The notes beneath the pieces are model-generated. The model worked only from the letters and a program-made list of their open reading frames with translations, was not told the origin of the DNA and did no database searches. DNA of 64,000 nucleotides, taken from contig OX638351.1 of NCBI GenBank assembly GCA_951813565.1, forward strand, positions 3,296,001 to 3,360,000, written 5' to 3'. This DNA comes from an uncultured Poribacteria bacterium (GTDB taxonomy: Bacteria; Poribacteria; WGA-4E; WGA-3G). Shown here one piece after another: positions 1 through 10,863 of this stretch. Position numbers and translations under genes: made by a program. The stretch's first letter is position 1. Every line of letters starts with the position of its first letter.

Positions 1-20
1 GGGTTGGGGGCTAATCTTTA

Positions 21-319
21 CTATAGTTTGGACAATTTCTGTCTGTTTCCAGTTGAGTTTTCAAGTATTTCCTATTTTTCTGTGAGTTATGTGTAGGATC
101 GTAACTCACAAGAAAATAATATTCGGGTGCAGCAAGGGCGCAGCCCCAGCGGGGCGACAGGTGTATAGAAAACGATTTCCTAACCATCATAAGCCCCAGC
201 GGGGCAGCATGCGCGTATGGCATGCTGCATGAGGTGTATCCGTGAAAATTTTATTGGTGTCAAGGTGTTCTATTAACCAGCCTATCGCACAAGAACTCTA
301 AAAATTGTCCAAACTATAG
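21..319. mobile_element. MITE family C, copy 1
   Basis: Terminal inverted repeats CTATAGTTTGGACAATTT / AAATTGTCCAAACTATAG; 9-bp flanking direct repeat TAATCTTTA (12-20 and 320-328); internal GCCCCAGCGGGGC palindromes; no credible ORF. Confidence 0.85.
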
Positions 320-542
320 TAATCTTTAGAATAGAAAGCCATCAATCAAAACTAACAATCCTGAAAATCCTATAATCTTGTAAATCCTGGTTCAGACGAA
401 CAAACGACAGCTGAAAGCCGGAAGTCACATGGTAGTAGGCACACGCCGTGGGTTTCCGTACACCAAAAGAACGGAAGGCAGACGGCACACGGAGCGTGCC
501 TGCTACCTTATAGGTATAACAACCAGCGGACAGCAAAAGAAA

Positions 543-570
543 AGGCAGGTAACGCAACGGTTACCTGCCT
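543..570 (-). terminator. Rho-independent terminator of the 606-1837 minus-strand genes
   Basis: AGGCAGGTAAC-GCAACG-GTTACCTGCCT hairpin with an A-rich tract on its left (U tract on the minus strand). Confidence 0.65.
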
Positions 571-605
571 GATGTAATTCGCTCCCTTGGCACCACTAAT
601 CCGTG

Positions 606-1091
606 TTACCATGGAATCTTGGCTTCACACGAGATACCAGAATTCTCAGTCATACTGGCGGTTGCCTTACACGACTCTATGTCAGGGCTACCCATCCATA
701 TATCTTTTGTTATTTCTTTAGGTTGATAAAAGGAATAATTTCCTTCGTACCCTATATCCAGGAATGTTGCTGCTTTATGCGGAACCTCAACATCTATATA
801 GTATGTTCCAGCGTTCCAGATACTTAAAGACGAAATTGAACCAGTCGCATAATAGTTAATTCTAATAGTCGGATACTGAACATCATCCGTGACGATCCGT
901 CGAGAATGCGTATAAGAATACGAACCTATTAATGGATTATTTCCTGCAGGAGCGTTCTCTGCCGCGAGCCGGAACGTTCCACGGTTAAGTGCAAAGTCCC
1001 CTTCTCTTTCTACAAGACCATTAGTAGCGAAAACGCAAATTGAGAACAACACTAACATTGGGAAAATTAGAAAAAACATCAATCCTTTCAT
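606..1091 (-). CDS. Hypothetical exported protein
   Basis: 161-aa ORF with signal-peptide-like N-terminus, 5 nt downstream of the preceding gene. Confidence 0.65.
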   Translation of the reverse strand: MKGLMFFLIFPMLVLFSICVFATNGLVEREGDFALNRGTFRLAAENAPAGNNPLIGSYSYTHSRRIVTDDVQYPTIRINYYATGSISSLSIWNAGTYYIDVEVPHKAATFLDIGYEGNYSFYQPKEITKDIWMGSPDIESCKATASMTENSGISCEAKIPW

Positions 1092-1096
1092 AACTT

Positions 1097-1837
1097 TTAC
1101 TCCTTTAGATCAAGAAATTGATACGGATCAATTCCTCCATTGAGATAGTTAATTACTTCAATACCTGCTGGCATATCTTTTTCTCTAAGTCTTTGCCCCG
1201 GTAAGTGCCCCGGAATACTATTTATTGTAAAAGGGTCGCCCATCATAAGGCCAACATATCTTTCTTTTTTTACTTCGTTCCATTTCCATTCCACATAGAT
1301 CGTCCCGGGAATAGTGGGATAAACTAACCCATTTAACATACCCGCGCCTGTTACATTTTTGCCTTGTTCTACAAGTTTTATTCGGACGCGAGCAAGCAAT
1401 TCGTTATCTCTGTTTCCAATCCTTTTGTCCCAATAGTCTTCGGGGAAACCTGGAGGAAGCTCTGGATACGGACCAAAGCCGTAAGGAGAAACATGCACCT
1501 TCTTATTCGTCGCCTGCGTTTGCTGTGTCAGAGTTGCAGAGGTTTTGTCGGAGGTAGCATCTTTCAACTCTCTTTTAGTCGTAGGTTTCCTGGTGGTTGG
1601 AGTATAACTTTCTACAGAGGCTGCAGAGGTCACATCGGCTGCTTGTCCCGCCCCGCTATCTGTATCGGAGACCTTTTTGGCTGCCTGCGATTGACGTAGC
1701 ATTTCTTCTGCCTCAGCAGCAGCCTTTCTATCATCTGCCGTATCGTACTGATACCAGAACACACACGCAACGGCAAACACAATTAAGAAGGCAACACCAC
1801 CGAGAATCCATCTGTTGGTCAAAATATCACGGAACAT
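1097..1837 (-). CDS. Hypothetical membrane-anchored protein
   Basis: 246 aa; N-terminal TM helix, low-complexity linker, VSPYGFGPYP motif; GGAGG RBS upstream. Confidence 0.75.
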   Translation of the reverse strand: MFRDILTNRWILGGVAFLIVFAVACVFWYQYDTADDRKAAAEAEEMLRQSQAAKKVSDTDSGAGQAADVTSAASVESYTPTTRKPTTKRELKDATSDKTSATLTQQTQATNKKVHVSPYGFGPYPELPPGFPEDYWDKRIGNRDNELLARVRIKLVEQGKNVTGAGMLNGLVYPTIPGTIYVEWKWNEVKKERYVGLMMGDPFTINSIPGHLPGQRLREKDMPAGIEVINYLNGGIDPYQFLDLKE

Positions 1838-2050
1838 CTAAGACCTCCTTTTGTTGATAAAAAAATGGACACACAATTCAAGCAAAATATAGGTTTGCTT
1901 GCCATTTCACATAATTATGCCACAAAAAAAAGCAAGGAAAAAATGAAATTTAAGGAAATTTAAGGAAATTTTGAGAAAAATTGTTGGAATTTAAGGAAAT
2001 TGCGGCAATTTTTTAACAATTAAACATTTTTTGGCACGCTTAAACATTTT

Positions 2051-3140
2051 CAGGACTTACGCAATAATCAAAAATTGAGTTATACTATTGGATTATGATT
2101 TCATTTACACTTCCTGAAAAGAAGGAAAACCTATTTTCCGATTATTGTCAGTTTTTGATAGCAAGTGTCACGAATTGGACACAAACCTACTTTGCTGCTC
2201 GGACAGAAAAATGGAGCCACGATCAACTCAATCGATACCTGAGGAACGAAAACATTCCTTCAAGCGAACTCTGGAAATCTGTAAAACCGGACATTGAGTT
2301 TGATGAAGATGGATACATTGCCTTTGATGATGTCGTTCTCTCTAAGAAGTTTCAAAACAGATAGAAGCTGTTTACCATCAATGGAGTGGTAGCGACAAAA
2401 AAGTTATTCGTGGCATCGGTATTGTCACGTGTCTCTATGTCAACCCAAAAACTGGCGAGTATTGGGTCATTGATTATCGCATTTTTGACAAATCGCATGA
2501 TGGTAAGACCAAAATAGACCATTTACTGGATATGTTGCATAATGCTGTCTTGAAAAAACAACTCCCGTTTCGGACCGTGTTGATGGATGCTTGGTATGTT
2601 TGTATGCAAGTGATGAAAGCGATTGAGAAACTTTCCAAGGTTTACTATGCGCCTCTGAAACGAAACCGACTTGTGAATGATACGGATGGTGTTGAACCAC
2701 ACCAGCATGTAGAAGATTTATCTTGGACACAGACAGAAAAGCAACAGGGGAAACGGGTTCACATCAAAAACTTTCCGAAAGGGCATCAAGTGAAGTTGTT
2801 CCGGATTGTATCTGAAAACGGACGCACGGAATATATTGTGACAAACGATTTATCTCAATCGGATGCGACTGCGACCAAAAACGAGTGTCGGGTTCGCTGG
2901 AAGATTGAGCAACTTCACCGTGAAATCAAACAGGTTACAGGTATTGATAAATGTCAGTGTCGTAAGTTGCGTGCCCAACGAAACCATATTGCCTGTTGTT
3001 TTCAGGTCTGGGTCTGTCTAATGCGTGCTGCACGGAAAGCCTCTCAAACGATTTACCGACTCAAAGATAGTTTATTGGATGATTACATGCGACATCAACT
3101 CTCTAATCCTTCAATAATTTTCAAAACTGCGTAAGTCCTG
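2051..3140 (+). mobile_element. IS701-like insertion sequence with frameshifted transposase
   Basis: 13-bp TIR CAGGACTTACGCA / TGCGTAAGTCCTG; ATTTT duplication (2046-2050, 3141-3145); DDE motifs FDD, MDAWY, RWKIEQLHRE. Confidence 0.85.
2095..3134 (+). pseudogene. IS701-family transposase, 1-nt frameshift near 2350
   Basis: ORF 2095-2364 continues in another frame (SKQIEAVYHQWSG...) that runs into ORF 2532-3134. Confidence 0.8.
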
Positions 3141-3452
3141 ATTTTTTAACACGCTCGTTTATTTTTGCAAATTTGGTAATCCTTGCAAATCCTGGTTCAG
3201 ACAAACACGGCGCGTTTACAAAACGCGCCTACAGGTTAGGACATGCGGTTATAGGCAAATGTCCAAATATTCTTATATTTTACTATAGTTTGTGCGTCCG
3301 TGGAACGCAAACTAACAGTTTGCGCTACAAAAATTGCTTACACCAAACTCCCGTTATTTTATAATTTACCAAAGAACATTTATGTGCATCCGTCAGTTAA
3401 ATGAAGGATACGCATAAATATCATCGATATTAGAACTTTAAATAAACCAGTT

Positions 3453-4940
3453 TTACCAGTCTTCAACCAATTGTACTAACAACCGCACACCGTACCCGGA
3501 TGCACCTTCAGGAATATACGTAGACCCTTTCATGCCCCACGCAGTACCAGTAATGTCAAGGTGTACCCAAGGGTATCCCTCAGCGAAATTTTTCAGAAAC
3601 GCTGCACCTGCAAGCGTTCCAGCAGTACCATCTCCGATATTCTGCACATCAGCGACTTTGCTTTTTACGCCTTTATCGTAATCGTCCCAGAGTGGCAATT
3701 CCCAGACGCGTTCATGTGTTTTGTCAGCCGCCTTCTTTACTTTTTCCATTAATGCGCCATCGGTCCCCATTGCCCCAGCTGCGACATGCCCAAGACAAGT
3801 GATCACAGCACCGGTAAGCGTGGCTAAATCAATAACACCTTGCGGTTCGTACTGTGCGGTCCATCCGAGTGCATCAGCCAAAATTAGCCTTCCTTCAGCA
3901 TCAGTGTTGAGAATCTCAATTGTTTTTCCACCGTAGGAGGTAATAACATCACCCGGCTTAATTGCAGTTGCCCCTGGCATGTTTTCGGTTGTGGCGATAA
4001 CACCGATGACGCGCACGTTCGGTTTGAGGTTTCCGATTACCTGCATGGCACCTATAACGGCTGCAGCACCCGACATGTCATGTTTCATTTCATGCATACC
4101 GCTTCCGGATTTAAGTGAAATGCCACCAGTATCAAAGGTAATTCCTTTTCCAACGAGTGCGACGGTATCATGTCCTTCACCTTCAGGCGTGTATTCCAAA
4201 ATGATGAACCGTGGATCTTCTGCACTGCCTTGTGCTACTGCTAAAAGCGTTCGGAAACCTTTTTCCTCCAGCGTCGGTTTGTCGAAAACTGTGCAGTTAA
4301 GTCCTGCTGCTTCCGCGACCGATTCTGCCTTCTCAGCAAGTTGTGTCGGTGTGAGATGATTTCCGGGTTGGTTACTAAGATCACGAGCGATGATTGTGCC
4401 GTTCGCGATCGTTTGTCCGCGTTCAACGATGCGTTCTAAGGACGATTTTTCTACTTCGCTCCCTACGAGAAGGGTCATAAATTCAAGCATTTTATCTTCG
4501 TCATCACTATCATCTTTTTTAGTTTTGTGCTGTTTGAATTCATAGAGTGAGAGAAGACTTGCTTCAACAGCTGCCTGCGCCCAATCATCTTGTGTTTCGG
4601 GGGGAATGGGAACTGTGATAGAATTTAGTCCCATATCACGTGCCTGCCGCGCAGTGTGCCCTGCGACCTGACGAACTTTTTCGGCATTGAGTTCCGCGTA
4701 AATACCGAGACCTACCAAAATGATACGTGGTGACTTCATAGCACCGTTTGTATAAAGCACGCTGGTTGTTTTCGGTTTGCCTTTGAAGTCTCCGAGGTTC
4801 AAAAACGCTTGGATGCGTCCCTCTAAAGCAGCATCAGCGGCTAAAAGTAACTCGTTGTGGAAGTCATCTTCAAGCATAGGGATGAGCACAGCATCAGTTT
4901 CTGCTTGGCGAAAATCACCAGTTTCAACAGTAATATTCAT
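3453..4940 (-). CDS. pepA: Leucyl aminopeptidase (M17)
   Basis: VGKGITFDTGG, MKHDMSGAA, NTDAEGRL motifs. Confidence 0.95.
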   Translation of the reverse strand: MNITVETGDFRQAETDAVLIPMLEDDFHNELLLAADAALEGRIQAFLNLGDFKGKPKTTSVLYTNGAMKSPRIILVGLGIYAELNAEKVRQVAGHTARQARDMGLNSITVPIPPETQDDWAQAAVEASLLSLYEFKQHKTKKDDSDDEDKMLEFMTLLVGSEVEKSSLERIVERGQTIANGTIIARDLSNQPGNHLTPTQLAEKAESVAEAAGLNCTVFDKPTLEEKGFRTLLAVAQGSAEDPRFIILEYTPEGEGHDTVALVGKGITFDTGGISLKSGSGMHEMKHDMSGAAAVIGAMQVIGNLKPNVRVIGVIATTENMPGATAIKPGDVITSYGGKTIEILNTDAEGRLILADALGWTAQYEPQGVIDLATLTGAVITCLGHVAAGAMGTDGALMEKVKKAADKTHERVWELPLWDDYDKGVKSKVADVQNIGDGTAGTLAGAAFLKNFAEGYPWVHLDITGTAWGMKGSTYIPEGASGYGVRLLVQLVEDW

Positions 4941-5056
4941 AATATTCCTTTGGGTGTGTAAAGTTTTTGTAGCAACTCTGATGTCCAGAGTTGTTGCGAG
5001 TTACAATAAAAATGGGTATCCTATCCTAATAAATTCAAAAAAGGAAGAGGATACCA

Positions 5057-5149
5057 ATGTTTAATATATCATTAGAGAACCCAGAAGTCAAAGAGATTTT
5101 AGAAGAGATTGCTCAGGTGGCAAGCGAACTTTCGTCATCCCGTTGCATA
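5057..5149 (+). pseudogene. 5' fragment of a gene truncated by IS630
   Basis: RBS plus ATG, reads MFNISLENPEVKEILEEIAQVASELSSSRCI and ends at the TA of the IS left end. Confidence 0.4.
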
Positions 5150-6307
5150 TCATTATAACATATTAACATGATTGTTCTTGCATTTATTTTTTGGATGTGT
5201 TATTGTGATCAGATGAAAAATAAAAAACATGGGGTTTCCCCTCACTTTTCAGTAGAAGTTCTGAAACAAAGGTATCTTGAATGTGAATGTCCTATTGAAC
5301 GGACGCACTGGCATATTATTTGGCTTCTTGCTGATACCACACATCCACGAACACCTCGCGAAGTTGCTGAGATTGTAGGATGCACGCCGGACTGGGTTCG
5401 GAAGTTGCTCAAACGCTACAACGCTGAAGGCGAAGCAGCTATGCGAGACAAACGCAAAAACAATGGACGCCAGCGTATTTTGGATGAAACACAGCAAGCA
5501 GCCCTTGAAGCTGCACTTTCTTCGCCTCCTGCTGATGGCGGTCTGTGGACAGGTCCGAAGGTGGCTGCGTGGATATCCGAGACACTCAAGCGTCCTGTCA
5601 GTGATGTGTCAGGTTGGAAATATCTCAAGCGTCTCGGTTATACTTTACAAACACCTCGTCCTCAACATCAGTCAGCTGCAACACCAGATGAGCAGCAAGC
5701 ATTAAAAAAAACTTAGGGAGCGGGTAGCTGAGCTTGAAGGTCAGCACCCGGAGAAATCGGTAGAAGTCTGGGCAGAAGACGAGGCACGCGTGGGATTATT
5801 GCCGGTTCATCGGCGTGTCTGGGCGAAGCAAGGTGAAAGACCGACAGCCTCGGTGTGTCCGTCATATAAATGGCTTTATGGTTTCGGATTTGTCCGTCCA
5901 CAGACGGGTGAGACCTATTGGCTTCTGATGCCGAGTGTGAGTGTTGAAGTGATGAACCTTGCGTTGGCAGAGTTTGCTCGGGATGTAAACCCGGAAGGCA
6001 AAAAAGAGATAATCCTCTTATTAGATCGTGCCGGTTTTCACACGGGTAAGGATTTAGATGTCCCACAAGGTATTGAGTTATTTTTTTTACCGCCGTATAC
6101 ACCGGAACTTCAACCTGCCGAACGGCTGTGGCCTCTGTTGCGAGAGGTGGTTGCCAATAAAGTTTTTAGAACGCTATCAGACCTTGAAGAAGTGCTTGTG
6201 AAAAGGTGTCAGTGGTTCTCCAAAAACAGAAAGAAGGTGCAAGAACATGTCGGTTTTCAGTGGATTTGCAAAATGGAAAACACAATATGACTTACGTTAA
6301 TTTGGTA
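5148..6307 (+). mobile_element. IS630-family element, transposase split at an A8 run
   Basis: HTH/winged-helix ORF (5213-5716) plus DDE ORF (EDEAR, LDRAGFH, PELQPAERLW) to 6290; TA at both ends; terminal repeats are weak, so boundaries are approximate. Confidence 0.85.
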
Positions 6308-8117
6308 TGAGACCATTGACAGTGAATGAACTTTCCAAGATGTAAAATACGCAAATTGCTGCTTATCTGAATGATTACAAAGAAGCTAAAATCTTAGATT
6401 TGCCAGACATGGAAGGGCAAGGTTTAGCTGATACATTAGTAAAATGTGTGGAAGCAAACCCTCAACGGTTTTCGGATAATCTCCTGCCCTTCCAAGGTGT
6501 TCGCAACTTGTACTTATCTTCACTATTACAAGGTTTCCACAATGCGTGGCGAGACGGAAAAGAATTTGATTGGGCAGCACTGCTGAAATTCATATATCAA
6601 ACCTTCTCGTCCGAACGATTTTGGATCGAGCAGTATGAAACTGGCTTTAACTATAGAAATTGGATTCTTTCTACTGCCGCCGATTTGATAAGAGAGGGAA
6701 CAAAAAATGATAAACATGCATTTGATGTCCAATTTTTGCCTCTTGCTGAAGAAATTCTGTTGATTCTTGTAGAGAAAGCTGAACCAAGCATTTTCGCACC
6801 GAAAGATTCCTCTCTTAATGTCTTGAGTTCAAATAGGGGGAAGGTGTTTTCAGCAATGATAAACTATGCCTTACGGTACGCCCGTACAAACTAAGATGAA
6901 CTTGAAGATTGCCGATGGCCACAGTCCATCAGAACAGATTTCACTAAAAGGTTAGATAGAAATGTAGAACCATCGCTTGAGTTTTCTTATACGCTTGGGT
7001 TTTACTTACCATACCTATTGTATCTTGATAAAGAGTGGGTCGTTAGCAATATAAATCATATCTTCCCGCTACATGACGAAGTTCACTGGCAAGCTGCTTT
7101 TTCAGGATATCTGCTACATCCGGGAGTCCGCGAGGAGTTTTATTCTCTGCTTAAGGTACATGGACACTATCAGAAAGCATTGAGTACTGATTTTGTTGAT
7201 GAAGAGGTTCAGAGTGGTCTTGTTAAACATATCTGCAAGGCTTGGATAGAAGACAGCGAAACCTTGGCTGATAAAAGCAATCTTATTTATCAGTTATAGT
7301 AAATTAACGTGAGTTTGATAAATAGTTAGGATTTCTACATTTCCTCTTAAAGTCCTCTGATAAGGGGGATTTAGGGGTTAAAAACACCAAAATAACGATT
7401 TTTTCAGCAAATATGCCCGTTCTCTGTTCAATTTTTGCCTGTCCAGTTAATTATCAAACTCACGTTAAATTATGTAAATAAGTTCACATATATTCTGTAG
7501 GAGCGATCTCCGAATCGCGACGAAACCACTAATAGTCGGGAATCGGAGTTCCCTCGGACAGCTCAGATGTCCAGTTAATTGTAGACTCCGCTATAATACA
7601 CAGCAGCAACCCCGATCTTCTTTCTGGCGTAGTCTATTTTTTCTCAAGACGAAGTGACAATCTATCCGACAAAGTGAAGGCAAAAGTAATGCCAACATGG
7701 CGCGCATTGTTTCAAGCCCTTTCCGATAGCAGCGATGCGATGGCGTATCAGAAAGTTTCATGTCCGCTATTAGGTTGGCTAGAATTAGTTGATAATATAA
7801 ATTCAGAAGTGTTAAGTTGGGTAAAAAACACCATAGAGGATATAGACAAAGTTCCTGGGTATGGTAGGGTTTTATCGCGTTTTTTCAAAGCTTTACGGAA
7901 GCATGTTCCGATAACGCCAGAGCTGGTCGGAGAAATTTATCTGGAAATCCCTCAGCGTATCATGCGAGATTTACCGACAGAACAAGACGAGATTAAAAAA
8001 GCTGTGCGAATTCTGTACAATAAAGGGTATAAGAATATTGCCGATGAAATCTGTAATCGATTCGGAAAAGCGGGAGTTGACTTCTTAAGGTCCGTTTATG
8101 AAGAATCTAAACATTAG
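6307..8117 (+). pseudogene. 3' part of a large unknown protein, with nonsense codons and a MITE insertion
   Basis: One reading frame across ORFs 6400 and 7018 with in-frame TAA near 6343 and at 6892; resumes at 7596 after the 7297-7593 insertion and runs to 8117. Confidence 0.75.
7297..7593. mobile_element. Nested MITEs: outer TA-targeting element containing an inner element (about 7306-7466)
   Basis: TA duplication at 7295-96 and 7594-95; inner IR TTAACGTGAGTTTGATAA (7304-7321 / 7451-7468) with TAAATTA duplicated. Confidence 0.75.
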
Positions 8118-8414
8118 TTGGTATTCGCCCCACCCAATTTTCAGAGTCACTCCGAAATTACATCTACCCTTAACCTTCCATGAATCCATACCCAGACTAA
8201 TTTTATCGCCACTTCTTTATATTTTCTTTTCAGAGTTACTCTGAAAATTCTGAAATTTCCTCACTTTTCTCATCTTAAAATTCTAATAGAAGATACCAAC
8301 TCATATTACAAATTTTCCTCATTTTAATTCCCACCAACTCAAAAAACATGGTATAATATTAATACAATCTCAAGACGCAAATCTAAATTCTGCTTTTGCA
8401 CCGGAGGAACTAAA

Positions 8415-9161
8415 ATGTTCAAAGTTATCTTTATGTTGTCATTATGTTTGCTTTTATGTATTGCAGGTTACGGTGTTGCTAATGTAGCTGAGAAAGGTTT
8501 AGTCGCTTATTGGGCGTTTGACGAAGGTACTGGAAAAGCCGCGACAGATGCTACAGGCAACGGACATAATGGAGAATTTAACGGAGCGCCCAAATGGGTT
8601 GATGGAAAATTTGGCACCGCACTCGAATTTGACGGTGAGGATGACTATGTTGCAGTTGCCGATGACGACGCATTAGACCTAACAGACAGTATCACGCTGA
8701 TGGCATGGTTCAACCCAAATGATGTTTTAACCAGCCGTCGCTTGATGGTTAAGAATGACTCTATCTTTGTCATATTTGACTTCGGCAACACAAATAGCAT
8801 TGATTTTCTCGTCAAGCCGAACAATACCCATGCAGAATCTACAACAACAGATTGGAAAGTTGGTGAATGGTACCATTTCGCAGGGACGTTTGATGGGAAG
8901 ACTATGAAGGTCTATATAAACGGGAAATTAGAAGGTGAAAAACCGAACGATGTTCCAATCGCGCCGTCCGATTTAGAATTATGGATCGGCGGTGATGATT
9001 ATGGTCGTCCGACAGACTTTTTCCCCGGCAAAATTGATGAGGTGCGGCTTTACGACAAGACTCTAAGCGAAGCGGACATCCAAAGAGTCATGGATACACC
9101 CGCGGACGTGCAAGCACGTGGCAAACTCACCACAACGTGGGCGAAAATAAAAGGTCTATAA
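8415..9161 (+). CDS. LamG/concanavalin A-like jellyroll secreted protein
   Basis: Signal peptide; LVAYWAFDEG, GKFGTALEFDG, WYHFAGTFDG, GKIDEVRLY; C-terminal KLTTTWAKIK. Confidence 0.9.
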   Translation: MFKVIFMLSLCLLLCIAGYGVANVAEKGLVAYWAFDEGTGKAATDATGNGHNGEFNGAPKWVDGKFGTALEFDGEDDYVAVADDDALDLTDSITLMAWFNPNDVLTSRRLMVKNDSIFVIFDFGNTNSIDFLVKPNNTHAESTTTDWKVGEWYHFAGTFDGKTMKVYINGKLEGEKPNDVPIAPSDLELWIGGDDYGRPTDFFPGKIDEVRLYDKTLSEADIQRVMDTPADVQARGKLTTTWAKIKGL

Positions 9162-9171
9162 AGGATTTTGT

Positions 9172-10791
9172 ATGACAAGCCAACAGAAACGCCCTGTCGT
9201 TCTCATTATTAGAGATGGATGGGGCAACAATCCGTATCCTGTATTTCAGGAAGTCAACGCTGTTCATCTGGCAAAAACACCTGTAGATGACTGGTTAAGA
9301 CAAAACTATCCGCATGTCCAAATTCACACCTCTGGCGAGGATGTCGGTTTACCACCAAGCGTCATCGGCAACAGTGAAGTTGGACATCAAAATATCGGCG
9401 CAGGACGCATTGTCCATCAAGAACTCCTGCGCATTAGCAAAATGATTCGTTCCGGTGAGTTCACTCGGAACGAAACGCTTTTAAACGCCATTACCCATGT
9501 CAAAAACAACGGAACGAATCTACATCTCATGGGATTAGCAAGCGATGCGGGTGTTCACAGTTCGCTTGAACACCTCTATGGATTGCTTTCCCTCGCGAAA
9601 AACAACGGATTGGAAACTAACCAAGTCTTCATTCACAACTTCAGCGATGGACGTGATTGCCAACCCGACCTCGGCATTAAGTTTTGTGAACAGATTGAGG
9701 CAAAACTCAAAGAAATCGGTATTGGGCAGATAGCCTCCGTTATTGGTCGTTACTACGCAATGGACCGAGATGACCGATGGGAACGGGTTGAGGTAGCATA
9801 TCGCCTGTTAACCGAAGGTGTCGGTTCAAGCGTTACCGCTGCAACACAGGCATATAACGATTACTACAAAAATCCTGATGATGAAAATCGTAAAGGAGAT
9901 GAGTTTATTAGACCTACTGTGGTTGTTGATAGTAACGGAGAGTCACTACCACGAATTGCTAATGGCGATGCGGTTATTTTCTATAACTTTCGTGGTGACC
10001 GACCCCGTGAACTCACGAAATCTTTCTGTTTAGATACATTTCCTTATGAGGCAGAAGGAAAAGACGGTGTTACGCGAGAAATGGGTTTTAAACGGAATTG
10101 TAAAATGAGCGTTAAGTTTGTTACGATGACTGAATATGAACAGGGAATGCCTGTTGAAGCGGCTGTGACAAAACCGCCGAAAATGCGCAATACACTCGGT
10201 TCGTATGTTAGCGAAGCAGGTCTGACGCAATTCCGATGTGCCGAAACAGAGAAGTTTCCACATGTTACCTTCTTTTTTAATGATTATCGAGATGAGCCTT
10301 ATAAAGGTGAAGAACGTCAAATCATCGCTTCCCCGCGCGACGTTACTACATACGACCAGAAGCCTGAGATGTCAGCACCGGGTGTTACGAATGAGATGTT
10401 ACGACGAATCGCTTCTGACAAATACGACCTGATGGTTTTAAACTACGCCAACGGTGACATGGTAGGTCATACAGGATCGCTTCCTGCAGCTATCAAGGCA
10501 GTTGAAGCGGTTGATATAGGGGTTGGAAAGATTGTTAACGCTGTTCTGGAAAAAGGTGGAGCACTCATTGTCACAGCAGATCACGGCAACTGTGAACAGA
10601 TGATTGATCCAGAAACCGGCGGTATTCATACGGCACACACCACCTATGATGTTGACCTCATCGTTGTAGATGAGCAATATAGAAATCATCAACTACGGAC
10701 AGGGGGACGACTTGCAGATATTGCACCGACAGCACTACGTCTCCTCGGTTTACCACAACCTTCTGAGATGACAGGTGAATCCTTGATCTAA
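9172..10791 (+). CDS. gpmI: 2,3-BPG-independent phosphoglycerate mutase
   Basis: DGWG, GNSEVGH, GRYYAMDRD, AETEK, DMVGHTG, TADHGN. Confidence 0.96.
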   Translation: MTSQQKRPVVLIIRDGWGNNPYPVFQEVNAVHLAKTPVDDWLRQNYPHVQIHTSGEDVGLPPSVIGNSEVGHQNIGAGRIVHQELLRISKMIRSGEFTRNETLLNAITHVKNNGTNLHLMGLASDAGVHSSLEHLYGLLSLAKNNGLETNQVFIHNFSDGRDCQPDLGIKFCEQIEAKLKEIGIGQIASVIGRYYAMDRDDRWERVEVAYRLLTEGVGSSVTAATQAYNDYYKNPDDENRKGDEFIRPTVVVDSNGESLPRIANGDAVIFYNFRGDRPRELTKSFCLDTFPYEAEGKDGVTREMGFKRNCKMSVKFVTMTEYEQGMPVEAAVTKPPKMRNTLGSYVSEAGLTQFRCAETEKFPHVTFFFNDYRDEPYKGEERQIIASPRDVTTYDQKPEMSAPGVTNEMLRRIASDKYDLMVLNYANGDMVGHTGSLPAAIKAVEAVDIGVGKIVNAVLEKGGALIVTADHGNCEQMIDPETGGIHTAHTTYDVDLIVVDEQYRNHQLRTGGRLADIAPTALRLLGLPQPSEMTGESLI

Positions 10792-10863
10792 TTGTGTCTA
10801 CCCAATTTATGTAAATACCGGCTGAATTTGCCGATGCTATAAATTTACTAAGGAGATTTTGGC

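Noticed and set aside
1944..2002. Short GAAATTTAAG repeats
   Set aside because: Only about three copies in AT-rich DNA; no function can be assigned
6892..6894. In-frame stop as possible recoding
   Set aside because: It is TAA, and the same gene has other stops and insertions, so ordinary pseudogenisation
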